From: an uncultured Planctomycetaceae bacterium | GTDB taxonomy: Bacteria > Planctomycetota > Planctomycetia > Isosphaerales > Isosphaeraceae | DNA length: 64,000 nucleotides | Direction of reading: 5' to 3' | NCBI GenBank assembly: GCA_963833985.1 | Contig: CAWIAD010000002.1 | Span: forward strand, 6,272,001-6,336,000 | Position numbers and translations under genes: made by a program | In this document: positions 9,270 to 20,436 of the stretch, in pieces | Layout: the number at the start of each line of letters is the position of its first letter | Position numbering within the stretch: the stretch's first letter is position 1 | The notes under the pieces: generated by a model | What the model was told of the DNA's origin: nothing | Database searches by the model: none | Seen by the model: only the letters and a program-made list of their open reading frames with translations

Positions 9270-10067
9270 ATGAGCATGCCCCATGATGCAGCGGAGTCGC
9301 CCGCGGAGGAGCCCGCTCCAGCGGCGGGACAGCCCACGATGTCCCGGGGCGCCGTGGCCGAGGCAGGGACCGAAATCCCGGTCACCGTCGCGGTCGCCGC
9401 CCGGCCTGGCCGCGAGGGGACCGTCACGGCGCGCAAGGCGGGCGGCCTGCGCGACATGGGGCTGGAAGTTGACCCGCGCAAGGTGGGCGTGCACGCGGCC
9501 CTCCAGCACCTGGCCAAGGCCGTGAACATCGCGTTCCAGACGGACTATGGCGAGAACTACCTGGAATCGGTGTACCAGGCCGCGCTCCTCAGGCGCGGGG
9601 AGGTGACCATCGTGCACAGGGAGTATTTCGGCTTTGGCGACACCTGGTTCGGCCAGTTTGGCCGCCTGGTCCGCTCGCTGGAGCTGACGCTCCAGGGACC
9701 CGACCCCGCGTCGCCCGATGGACAGCGGCAGATCGCCGAGAAGGGCCCCCGCTCGATCCGCGGCATCCTCAACCTGATCGGCCGCAAGCTCGATATCATC
9801 ACGGAGTATGAAGACCGCGTGCCGGCCTACGTCGAACAGATGTTCGATCGGTTGGAGGCGTCGGGGATCATCGTCGGTTGGAACCGCGACGACTGGGAGA
9901 TCTGGACCACGAACATCGGCCTGGATATCCGGATCGCCGCGCGGTCGCCGGCAACCCAGGCGGCCGGTGCGAGCCGGGAGGAGAGCCGCGCGGGGGATCC
10001 CGGAGCCGCGGGTGATGTGCCAGCAGCGCCGGGCACGCCCGCGATCAGCGACCCTCAATCGCCTTGA
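9270..10067 (+). CDS. Hypothetical protein
   Basis: Globular core (DPRKVGVHAALQHL..WEIWTTNIGLDIRI) between low-complexity ends, with host-like codon usage. Start uncertain (9222-9339). Confidence 0.7.
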   Translation: MSMPHDAAESPAEEPAPAAGQPTMSRGAVAEAGTEIPVTVAVAARPGREGTVTARKAGGLRDMGLEVDPRKVGVHAALQHLAKAVNIAFQTDYGENYLESVYQAALLRRGEVTIVHREYFGFGDTWFGQFGRLVRSLELTLQGPDPASPDGQRQIAEKGPRSIRGILNLIGRKLDIITEYEDRVPAYVEQMFDRLEASGIIVGWNRDDWEIWTTNIGLDIRIAARSPATQAAGASREESRAGDPGAAGDVPAAPGTPAISDPQSP

Positions 10068-11174
10068 TGCGTTCCGCGGCGGTCCTGGCCGCGGGGGTCG
10101 CGGGATGGTCCTTGAGGATCTGCATGTAGGAATTCAGGGCCAGCGCGGTCTTCCCGCTCTTTTCCAGGTTCTGCGCCAGACGCAGAGCGGTCGCGGCCCG
10201 GGCGGCTGCCCTGTCGGCAGGCGAGCCTTTCGCTTTGGTGGCAGCCGCGCGTGGATTGTCCGCGCCTCGCCGGCGGTCCCCGCGAGCCTGGGCGGCCGGC
10301 GCCGCGGCGTTGCCGGTGCCGGCTCCGGCCGCGGCGGGCTGCGGTTCCGACTCGTCCGCGTCGCCGGCGAAGGCGTCTTCGTAGCGGCTGACGCGTGAGG
10401 CCTTCGGCGCGGCAGGCTTCGATGCGGCCGTGGCGAGCCTCTGGGCCAGCTTCTGAAGGTACTTCTCGGGATTGTCGTTGAACTCGTCGCGGCAGCCGGT
10501 GCAGCAGATGGGGTAGCTCTTCCCCTGGTAAGAGACCGAGAGCGTGGCGGCGCCACCGGTCACGATGCAGCGCGGCTGATCGACGGCCGAGGACCCGGCC
10601 GCGAACGACTCGCCCTCCTTCGTGAGGCCAACCTCGATGAGCGGCTGGAAGACCGCGGCGCCGGCGTCCTTGCGGTCGGCGATGAGCGTGTAGCGAACGT
10701 AGTTGCTGTTGTGCGCAGGGTCAGGCGATGGGTCGCTCCCTTCTCGGTCCGCTCCAGGATGAGCAGCTTTCCTGAGGGGTTGAGCGTGCCGGTGAAGTGC
10801 AAGGCCCTGGGATGGTCTCCCGGCTCCCTGGCATCGAAGATGTAGCCTTTGCGGGCCGGTTCGTAGCGCAGGGTCCCCTCGGAGAAGACCTTTCCTCCCT
10901 GGACAGACAGGCTCAGTCCGACCGGTTTGCCCTGGCTGAAGACCCACGCCCAGGTGTGCGTTTCGGTCCAGCCGCGGAACCGCTGGGACGGGTTGTCGCG
11001 CGGTACGCCCTGCCCCTTCCAGCGGCCGATGAGGAATTCGAAGGGAGCGAGCGCGGCCGGCAGTTCGCGCTCCTGGGCTCGGGCCGCGGGTTCCGTTGCC
11101 GGCCAGACCAGTGAGATGGTGAACAGGGCAAGCACGGCCCGCGGGAACATGGCAAGCGGCGCTCGTTGCATCAT
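10045..11174 (-). CDS. Exported YHS-domain protein (frameshift near 10710, probably a sequencing error)
   Basis: The N-terminal frame has a signal peptide and FEFLIGRWKG. The second frame has CIVTGG..SYQGKSYPICCTGCRDEF (YHS) and a TPR-like end. Confidence 0.7.
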
Positions 11175-11190
11175 TCCAACCTTTCCCGTC

Positions 11191-13222
11191 TTATCGCGGC
11201 GCGGTGCCCGCAGTCGACCGAGGCGCGGTGGCCTTCCCCACGCCCAGGAGGGTGCCGAGCGTTCGCAGCGCGGCGCGGGCGGACCCCGGCAGCTCCGGCC
11301 GCGGTTCCGTCACCCGCGAGAAGGTCGTCCCCACGGGTAGGTCCACATCAATGTACCCAATCATCATCTCGTCGAAGGTCTGGTCGCCCCAGTGGACGAT
11401 CTTGCCGGGATCCGGGTTGTAGGGGTTCCCGTCGCTGTTATCGTAGTGCGCCAGGCAATCGATGCGGGTTCCTGGCGGTAGGGACAGCGGCGCGGAGAGG
11501 ATGTAGTAGCTTTGCCAGCCGAAGTCGTAGGCGGGGACCGAAAGCACCACCTCGGCGGCTTGCCCGGGACGGCTGATGGAGTAACGGAAATCCTTACCAC
11601 GCAAATGCATGTGCGGCATGAAGCTAAGCAGCCGGGTCTCCTGGGCCAAGGTCAGCGAGGAGGCCACCGGCACGTTGTCCTGGTGCGCCGGGATGACAAA
11701 CTTGTCCTCGGCGATGCCGACCGTCAGGGCCTGCCGGGTCACCGGCGCCGGGCGAAGATCAGGCCGACGCGGGACCGGTCGGTATGGAGGCGGCCCACCG
11801 GCGTGTAGTGGATTTCAAACACGAAATCGGACCCTGCGGGAACCCGCTTGGCCGTGCCCTCGGGGTAGACCGACGGCATGTCGCCGGGAGCGTAGCCGCA
11901 GAGATGGGCCAGCGGCTGCCGGCGCTTCCTGTCGTTCTTGTGGTCGTCCACGTAAACAATGATATGATGCACAACCGAGCGGTCGCCCGGCTGTGCCTCT
12001 CCGGCCTGGACCCAGCGGTCCTCGCTGAAATGGGAGGGGACGCGGAAACGGACGTACTCGACCACGCCCTGGGCGGGGACGGTGTAGGTTTCAGGGATCT
12101 CCAGGACGAGGTCGGGCTTGCCGATCGTCCAGCCTTCGGGAAACGACCGGGGTGGTGGAAGCTTGCACCGGATCGCCCAGCCGGCATCCCTGGTCAACCC
12201 AGGCCAGCAGCGTGGCGCGCTCCCGGGCGCTCAGGCTGCGGTCGTTGGCGAACTTCCCGTGCCGCGGGTCGGCATGCCAGGGAGGCATGCGGCGGTTGTC
12301 GACCACTTCTCGGATCATGGCGGCGTGCTTGCGGGCATCATCGTAGCCTGCCAGCGGGAACGGTCCGACCTGTCCCGGCCGATGGCACGACTGGCATTTG
12401 TTCTGGATGATGGCCGCGGTCGCCGGGGCGAAAGCGACCTCGCCGGCATCGGTGCGAGCGACTGGCTCGGCTTCCGCGTAGGCCGCGATCACCGCGGGGG
12501 GCGCGGGGCGAACTCGAGGCTGGGAAGACGCCGGCTTCGCGTCCGGCTGCACCCGGTCGAGCAGACAGCCGGAGACGGCAGTGGCCGGCGTGGCGACCGG
12601 CCGCCCGGCGAGGATGGCATCGAGGGCGTCCCGGAGATAGTCATGCTGAGGCGTCTCCTTGCGGGGCCCTTGCGCCGTACTGGTCGTCGATCGCGCCTCG
12701 GTAGCAGACCCGGGCCCTGCCGTCGAGCACGATTGTTTCGGGCGTGCGCTCGGCGAGCGCCAGGTCCGCGACGACGTTCCCCGGATCACGCAGAACGGGG
12801 AAATCGATTCCGTACTGGCGGGCCGTGCCGGCAATCTCGGCCTCCGACTCATGCGCGTTGGAGAAGATGCCCAGAAACGCCACGCCCCGTGCACGGTACT
12901 GGTGCGCGAGCTCCACCAGCCGAGGCGCGTACAGCCTGGCCAGCGGGCACTCGGTTCCCAGGAAGACCAGCACGGCGGCTTTCTTGCCTGCAAAGCCGTA
13001 AAGCGCGTACGGCCGTTTCGTGACGGCGTCCTCGAGCGTGAAATTGCCCAGACGCTGACCGACCTGGCGGTTCGCGGGCAAGGCGGCCGGTTGCGGCGCA
13101 TCACTTCCCGTGGCCGGAGCGGGGGCCAGCGACACCAGCGCCAGCAAGGCGGCTGAGAGGCCCGTCAAAACAAGACGAAAGTTCTTGCCGGGGTGGAACA
13201 TGGATCGTCGTTCTCGGCTCAT
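11191..13222 (-). CDS. Redoxin + cytochrome c + copper type II monooxygenase-like protein (frameshifts near 12665, 12170, 11750)
   Basis: Consecutive frames give FLGTECP..TPE (redoxin), CQSCH and MPPW (heme c), and VHHII, MPHMHLRGK, YDFGWQ and DEMM (copper monooxygenase domains). Confidence 0.8.
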
Positions 13223-13313
13223 GCGGGATCCCCGTGTGCGGTGGCTCGGATCGGCGTTGCGGTCGTGGCTGGGCGGCGAGCCGCCAAGCACGGACCCAGA
13301 CGCGGATCGAAGC

Positions 13314-14996
13314 ATGCGGTTCGGAGCGATCGGATCAACTCTGTCAAGAAGCACCCCGGAAAGCAACTCCAGGTTTCAAGAGGCTTCCGTGATCCCGGGG
13401 GGCAACGGGGCGCTGACCGCGACGGCGGCCTTCGTGGTGTTCGGATGTCTATTGCGCATCATCCGTTACGCGCAGAACCTGCCGCTCTGGTCGGACGAGT
13501 GCTTCCTGGCGGTCAACTTCATCCGCCGGGGCTATCGGGAACTGCTGCGGCCGCTGGACAACGGGCAGATTGCGCCGCCGCTCTATCTCTGGGCCGAGCG
13601 CCTGGTCCTGGACGCGGCCGGGTTCTCGGAGTGGTCCCTCCGCTTCTTTCCACTGCTTTGTGGACTGGCATGCGTGCTCCTCTTCTGGCGGCTGCGCGCC
13701 GCGCCCTGGAGCCGGACGCGCGTGCGGTGCTGCTGGCCGTGGCCATCTTCGCGGTGAGCGTGCATCCGATTCGCCACGCCTCGGATGCGAAGCCCTACGC
13801 CTCGGACCTGCTGGCGGCCCTGCTGATGCTCTTGCCGGCTCTCGAGTATTTGCGCAACCCGTTACAAAACAGGTGGTTGTGGACGCTGGCGGCGGTGGTT
13901 CCGGTGTGCCTTGCGGTTTCCAATCCCGCGGTCTTCGTGGCCGGGGGCGTGCTGCTGGGGCTGGCCGGTCCCGTCTGGAAACAGGGCAGCCGGAAATCGC
14001 TGGCGGCCTGGTTCAGCTTTGGCGCCGTGCTGCTTGGCTCGTTTCTCTTCGTCTACGTGACCGTCACTCGTGGCCAGAGCGCCACGGCCATGGCAGGCCT
14101 GAGGCGCTACTGGGCGGATTCCTTCCCTCCGGTTCACGATGCCGGCCGGCTGGCGCGCTGGCTCTTCCTGGCGCATACGGGAAGCGCCTTCGCCTATCCC
14201 GGCGGCGGGGCCCGAGGCGCCAGCACCGCGACGTTCGCCGCGTTCGTGGTTGGCGTCCTGGTATTCGTCCGCCGCGGCCGGCGCAATGGCGGCTTGCCTG
14301 CTGGCTCCCTTCGGCCTGGCGCTCGGAGCGGCTGCGCTGCATCGCTACCCTTATGGAATGGAAGCGCGGCTCATGCAGTTCGCCGCGCCCAGCATCTGCC
14401 TGCTCGGCGGCCAGGGCTTTGCGAGCATCCTGGAACGTGTGCGCATCCCCAGAATCCGGCGGCGTTTCTGGCAAGTGGCGATAGGGGGCCTGGTGGCGTG
14501 CGGAGTGGCCCCCCAGGTGGTCAGTTTTCTTCACCCTTACCGCATGCTCTACGATCACCAGGCCCGTGAGTTCGCTCGTGGGTTCTGGGCGAGCCAGGCG
14601 AGGGATGCGGACGTTGTGTGCTACGAGCTGGACTTTGCGGAAGATCGCGCGGCGCCTGGGACGGCCGCAAGGCCTGGTATCTTTGTAACCAGATGATCTC
14701 TGCGCCGACCCGGCGGCTTGCCGCCGGTAACCATGCGTGGATGGTTTCTGGCGAGCGGCCCCTGCGTTGCGTGTTGTTTGACGAGCCAGCCGAACGGCCA
14801 GTGGTGCGGAACTGGCTGGACCAGATGGAAAAGAGCCTTGTCCTCGAGGATGCAAAACTTTATGACGTACCCGTGACGCTGGGCGAAGGCGTACGTACCA
14901 CCGAGGCGCTGGTACGTGTATCAGTTCGTGCCGCGCATGGTAGGCTCGGACGTGCCGATTGCCGTGCAGCCGCGAGCGCAGCGTCTGCGACGCTGA
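13314..14996 (+). CDS. GT-C fold / GT39 (PMT-like) membrane glycosyltransferase, copy 1 (several frameshifts)
   Basis: LWSDE..LAVNF, QIAPPLY, SEWSLR, KPYASD and RYPYG motifs across frames. Shifts near 13695, 14280, 14650 and 14905. Confidence 0.75.
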
Positions 14997-15033
14997 TGCA
15001 CTTCAGAAACACGATTGCGAAGGGGATCAGGGC

Positions 15034-16673
15034 ATGGAGGCCGATTCTCCGCCTGTTGGCAGGCAAGGCACGAACGGGACGGCGTGGGTCATCTGGTTCT
15101 TCGTGATCCTGGGCATCACTGTGCGCCTGGTTCGATACCTGGTGAACTATCCGATCTGGCATGACGAGGCGTTCCTGGCGGTCAATTTCTGGGACCGTGG
15201 TTACGCTGACCTGCTGCGGCCCCTCGATTACGGACAGGTGGCTCCCTGGTTCTTCCTGGTGATCGAGCGCACGGTGATGCTGGCTCTGGGTTATTCCGAG
15301 CCGGCGCTGCGGCTCTTCCCGACGATTTGCAGCATTGCCACGGTGCCCCTGTTCCGCCACATCGCGGGCCGGCTGCTGGGCGGAGTGCCACAGGTCCTGG
15401 CGGTCGCCGTGTTTGCCGTCGCGTTTTACCCGATCCGTCATGGCGCGGAGATCAAGCCGTACGCGTCGGATCTGCTGGCGGCCCTGGTGCTTCTGGCCCT
15501 GGCGATCGAAGCCAGGCGTTCGCAGCGCGCGCGCTGGTGGTGGGCGCTCTCTGCCGTGGCACCGGTTCTCATCGCACTCTCGTATCCGGCGGTGTTCGTG
15601 GCAGGGGGCGTCTCGCTGGCGCTGGGCGCTGGGCCCTGAAGTCCAGCGACCGTTCGGTGCGGCTCAGCTTTCTCATCTGGAATGTCATCCTGGTCGCCTC
15701 GTTCCTGGCGGTCTACTTCGGGTTCACGGTCTTCCAGGCCGAGGCGATGCGCGACAGCTATCGCACGGGCTGCTGGGCGGACGCGTTTCCGCCGCTGGAT
15801 CGTCCCTGGCTCGTACCGCTGTGGCTGCTCGACGTCCACACCGGCACGATGATGGCTTACCCGGCCGGGGAGAAACACGGGGGCAGTCTTCTCACCTTCC
15901 TGTGTGTGCTGGCGGGTGCGTGGGCACTGTACCGCAGCAGGCGGAGCGCGGCGCTGGCACTGATGCTGGCCCCTTTCGGGCTGGGGCTGGTCGCGGCGAT
16001 CCTGGGCCGTTACCCGTATGGCGGAGCGCCGCGGGTGATGCTCTACACGGCGCCGGCGATCTGCCTGCTGATGGGGCTGGGGATCGCGGAACTGCTGGCC
16101 CGTGTGAGCCGGCAGAGACTGAAGGGCCGGGTCCTGGCGGGCATCCTCACCGCGCTGACGCTCCTGGGAGTGGCCATGGCCACGCGCGATTTGATCCTGC
16201 CGTACCGGGTACCGGACGACGCCAGGACGCGTGATTTCGCGCGCTGGTTCTGGACCGCCCAGCCCGGCGGCGGCCCGGTGTGCCTGAAGTCCGATATGGG
16301 CCTCTCGCACGATCCCCACCTCTGGCGGGTGGGCATGTCCGCGGTTTACCTGTTTCATCAGCGGATGTTCTCTGCGCGCCATCACTCGCGGCAGCCGGCG
16401 TGCCTTGAGCCTGCGGCCTGGTCCGAGGCGGAGCCGCTCCGGCTGGTGGCCTTTGATCGGCTTCCCGACCAATCTCCGGGGTTCCGTCGGTGGTTCAAAA
16501 ACCTCGAGCGCCAGTTCCGGGTGACCCAGACACGCACGTACGTGATCCAGCCGGGCAAGCCGGGTGAGGAATGGCTGCGCGATGCCTACGTCGAGCTCGA
16601 AATGGTCCCGCGCCGCCCGGCCGCGGGCAATCCGCCGCGGGTGGCCGCCGAACCGCGTGGCCGGCGATTCTGA
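15034..16673 (+). CDS. GT-C fold / GT39 membrane glycosyltransferase, copy 2 (frameshift near 15630)
   Basis: IWHDEAFLAVNF, QVAPWFF, SEPALR, EIKPYASD and RYPYG motifs. Clear paralog of the upstream gene. Confidence 0.8.
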
Positions 16674-16706
16674 CGGGTGTTCCAGCGCCGGAGCAGAAAA
16701 CCCGGA

Positions 16707-16729
16707 TTCTTGACGGAAGTCAGGAATTC
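16707..16729. terminator. Hairpin between convergent genes
   Basis: TTCTTGAC-GGAA-GTCAGGAA stem-loop between the GT gene stop and the kinase stop. Confidence 0.35.
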
Positions 16730-16748
16730 ATGAGCTTCAAGGCCGCGA

Positions 16749-19025
16749 TCAACCGCGGAGGACGCTTGGCCGTGGTCCGGGCGGTTCGGACCGTGCGGTT
16801 GAGCACTCGCCACTTGCGGGAGCCGTCGTGGAGACGCGCTGGACCGCGGCGATCAGCCGGGCCAGGTCCACAGGCTTGGTGAGATGCTCGGAGAAGCCTG
16901 CCTCGAGGCTCATCTGCACGTCCTCTGCTGATCCGTGCCCGCTCATGGCCAGCGCCGCGCACTCCGCCAGCGTGCAGGCGGCGCATCAGGTCCAGTCCCG
17001 ACCCATCAGGCAGCTCGATGTCACTGATGAGCAGGTCGAACGGCCTCAGGGCTGCCTCCCGGAGCGCCTCGGAGAATCGTGTCGCCGCCGTGACCTCATG
17101 GCCCCGCGCACGCAGTACCCGGGCGAGGTACTCGCTCGTATCCTGGTGATCCTCCACCAGGAGGACTCTGAGGCTTGCCGGTTGCGGAGACTGGGGTCCG
17201 GCCGGCAGCGTGGGCCGGCTCTGGGCGATGGGACCGGGCACGGTGTCGAGCTCGAGCACGAAAGTGCTGCCCAGTCCCGGCCCCGGGCTGCTGGCGCTCA
17301 GTCGGCCGCCATGCGCATCGGCGAGCCATCGGCCGATGGCGAGCCCCAGCCCGAGGCCACTGCGCAGTGGTGGCGAGACCGGGCCCTGCTCGAATGGCTC
17401 GAAGATCCGGGGCAGGGACTCCGGCTCGATGCCGGCACCGTTGTCGGCCACCTCGATCACCAGCCGGGGCCGGCCGTCGCTCGCGGGGTGGGGGCCGTTG
17501 CGGGTGCGGACGGTGATCGCTCCCGCCTGCGGGGTGAACCTGCTGGCATTCTTCAGCAGGTTCCAGATGATTTGCTGGAGCCGCACCGGGTCGCCCTCGA
17601 CGTGGTGCTCGGCGGCGGCCAGGTGCACCCCCAGCGCAATCCCCCGCTCGTCGATGTCGCCCCGGCAGATACGGCTCGCCTGGCGGATGGCATCGTGGAC
17701 GTCCACCGTCCGGCATTCGAGGCGCAGCAGCCCGCGGCCGATGCGGACGACGTCGAGGAGGTCGTCGATGAGGCGGGCCTCCAGCTCGATGTTGCGGCGA
17801 ATCATCTCCAGGGTCGGCCGAAACTCGGGGAACTCATCGCCGTCGAGCAGTGCGGTCACGGCCATCAGTACCGGCGTCAGCGGCGTTCGCAGTTCGTGGC
17901 TGAGCACGGCCAGGAATCGGTCCTTCGCCTGGCCGCTGGCCTCGGCCGCCGCCCGCGCCACCTGCTCCTCGATCCGGCACGCCCGCTCCCGTTCGGCCCG
18001 CTTGCGCTCGCTGATGTCGCGGATAACGACCACCCACCCGGCGGCGTCTCCGCGCCGGAGAGCCGGGCCATGCTGACCTCGTGGAAGCAGTCCGCGTCCT
18101 CCGACCCGCAGACCTCGAAGGTCCCTTCCACGAGATCTTCCAGCCGCTTCGCCAGCGCGGGCCATGCCTCGAACGCCGGGCCCGCGCAGGACCCGACGAT
18201 CGGAGCCGCGGGGTCGCGGAGCAGCGCCATGGCTGAGGGGTTCAGGTCGATGATCCGGCCCAGCCGGTCCAGGACCACGACCGCCTCGCGCATGACCTGG
18301 AAGACCGCGTCCCGTGCCACGGGAATCAGGTCCAGGATGCGATAGCGCAGCAGGCCAGGCACGATCGCCAGCCCGGTCAGGCAGAAGACGGTCGCGGTCA
18401 GATCAACCCCCGGATAGGGGCTGAACCCGGCCTGGAAAATCGCGTTGACGACCCAGGGTGCCATGGCGCCGAAGAGGATGAGCAGCACCTGCCTGCGGTA
18501 CACTCCGGTCATCCGCGGCAGCGAGAGTGTCAGCAGGGCGACCGAGAGCGCCATGAGCGCGTAGCAGTACCCGACGTTCACCCAGAACCAGGGTCCGTGT
18601 TCGCCCACGAGCCGCGTGAAGCCATCCACCCAGGCAATATACTGCCGGCTCCAGTAGAGGTGATGCCAGGGATTGGTCCAGTGCAGGAGGATGGTCGCAA
18701 TGGGAAAAATGCACGCCAGGACCAGGTTGCGGCCGGTCACCCAGTTCTCGTGCCCGATGTACCTGAGCACGAATACCAGGAGGGCCACCGGCATGCAGTT
18801 CTTACCAATGATCGACAGGTCCAGGCAGACGATCTTGGCGGGCAGGTCGGCGAACAGCAGTTCGAGCCCCACGCCCAGTGCCCAGGCCGTTTCACCCGCC
18901 ATCATGGAGGCAAAAGCAGTAGCTGTCGGCATTCGCCGTCGCTGCCAGGCGTAACAGGCCAGTCCGGCCGAGATCACAGCGGCGTTCAGGAACAAAAGCG
19001 CCGCCGGATTGCCCTGGTATCTCAT
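16749..19025 (-). CDS. Hybrid sensor histidine kinase: 7TM (HisKA_7TM-like), PAS, HisKA, HATPase, REC (frameshifts near 18050 and 16960)
   Basis: N-terminal 7TM with TNPWHHLYW, then LSHELRTPL, NLLKNA, DNGAGI and GLGLGL. REC domain VLLVED..SDIELPDGSG..SGHG..LTKPVD. Confidence 0.85.
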
Positions 19026-19380
19026 CAGCTGCCACCGTCTCGGGTCGGCGAGCCATCACGAATGCAGGATAGGCCTCAACCAGGCATGACATGAAATGCG
19101 GTCAGGCTCTGAGTGCCCGCACGGATGCGCCTGGGAACCCTCGCGATCACAAGGCTGTGGAGAGCAACGCCAGTTCGCGGTCTCTCGTGGAAGAGGCTGC
19201 CCTGTGGAGCGGCGTCCTGAATCCCGGTCGCCGATGGGCAAGTTGCTTCGATGCGCGTGCCATTCTTGGGCCGACCAGGTTGCCATGTCAAGCATTTCAC
19301 GCCGCTGTCCCACTTTGAGACCCTGGGCCCATGGAACGCCGGGATGCCAGGCCGGCTTGAAAAAAGACCGTCCCTCTCAA

Positions 19381-19424
19381 CGTGATGGGAACTTCATCAC
19401 TCCGTGATGGGAAGTTCATCACTC
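19381..19424. promoter_or_regulatory. Tandem 22-bp repeat, each unit a GTGATG-N7-CATCAC palindrome (putative operator pair)
   Basis: CGTGATGGGAACTTCATCACTC followed by CGTGATGGGAAGTTCATCACTC (1 mismatch) in a divergent intergenic region. Confidence 0.6.
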
Positions 19425-19573
19425 CGACGCTGGCGCGAAAACTACAAATCAGTCTGGCCAGAGAGGATGTGCCCAGCTAATCTTGAAGGTGAAAGGAGTG
19501 CTCAACGGCCCCTCGGGACGCAGTTGAGCACTTCAGTATCGACGATCCGTATACAGACGTGACGGGGTTCACC

Positions 19574-19921
19574 ATGCGGAAGGCGGCAGTGATCCTGCCC
19601 GACCTGGGAACCGGTCCGGACACGCCGGTCGTCGTGAGCTACTGGTTTGCCGCGCGGGGAGAGACGGTCTGGGAGGGTGAGCGGCTGGTCGAAGTACTGG
19701 TCGGGCCTGCGACCTTCGACGTTCCCGCGCCGGCGACCGGGCGCCTTGTCGAGATCCGCATCCGGGAGGACGACTCCGTTCTGCCCGGAGACGTGCTGGG
19801 CCGTATCGCGGTGTTTGACGAGGACGGCAACGACGAATCCGACGACCGGCGGAACTCAGGCGGCGACGATCAGGGCAGCGCTCCGCGTGACCGGCCCCCG
19901 CGGCCAGGTCATCGCCCATAA
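19574..19921 (+). CDS. Stand-alone biotin/lipoyl attachment domain protein lacking the acceptor Lys
   Basis: LPDLG..W...GE.V.EGERLVEV LVGP ATFDVPAPATGRL matches the lipoyl fold. The usual ETDKA turn reads LVGPA. Confidence 0.75.
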   Translation: MRKAAVILPDLGTGPDTPVVVSYWFAARGETVWEGERLVEVLVGPATFDVPAPATGRLVEIRIREDDSVLPGDVLGRIAVFDEDGNDESDDRRNSGGDDQGSAPRDRPPRPGHRP

Positions 19922-20379
19922 TGACCACGTTTCACGAACGTTCCGCCGGCGTTATCCCGTTCCACCGGGGAGTCGAGGGAGGGTTGCTCTACCTCGTCCT
20001 TCACTCGGCCACGGTGCGGAACCCGCGCGCGAAGTGGGAGTTTCCCAAGGGGGGCGTGGAACTGGGTGAATCGAGCCGCGAAACCGCGGCGCGCGAGTTC
20101 CAGGAAGAGACCGGACTCGTCGACTGGTCGTTCCTGGACGGCTTCGAGCGAACGCTTTCCTACACCTACATCCGCCGCGGCCGCAAGGTGGTCAAGACGG
20201 TCGTCTACTACCTGGCCGAAGTGGGCAACTCGGCTCACCCCACGCGCTCGGAGGAACACGTCGAGGATCCCCACGGCCAGTGGTTTCAATGGGGTACCTT
20301 CGAGCAGATCAACCAGCTTCTGTACCACACCAAGATTCGCCAGGTGTTCGCCGAGGCCGACGCCTGGCTACGGAAGTAG
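19921..20379 (+). CDS. NUDIX hydrolase (Ap4A hydrolase-like)
   Basis: ERSAG, WEFPKG and NUDIX box GGVELGESSRETAAREFQEETG. Start overlaps the upstream stop (TAATG). Confidence 0.88.
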   Translation: MTTFHERSAGVIPFHRGVEGGLLYLVLHSATVRNPRAKWEFPKGGVELGESSRETAAREFQEETGLVDWSFLDGFERTLSYTYIRRGRKVVKTVVYYLAEVGNSAHPTRSEEHVEDPHGQWFQWGTFEQINQLLYHTKIRQVFAEADAWLRK

Positions 20380-20436
20380 GCGTCTGGCCAGTTCCCCGCA
20401 GCGATTTGATTGTCATCATGATCCGGGAGATCGACC

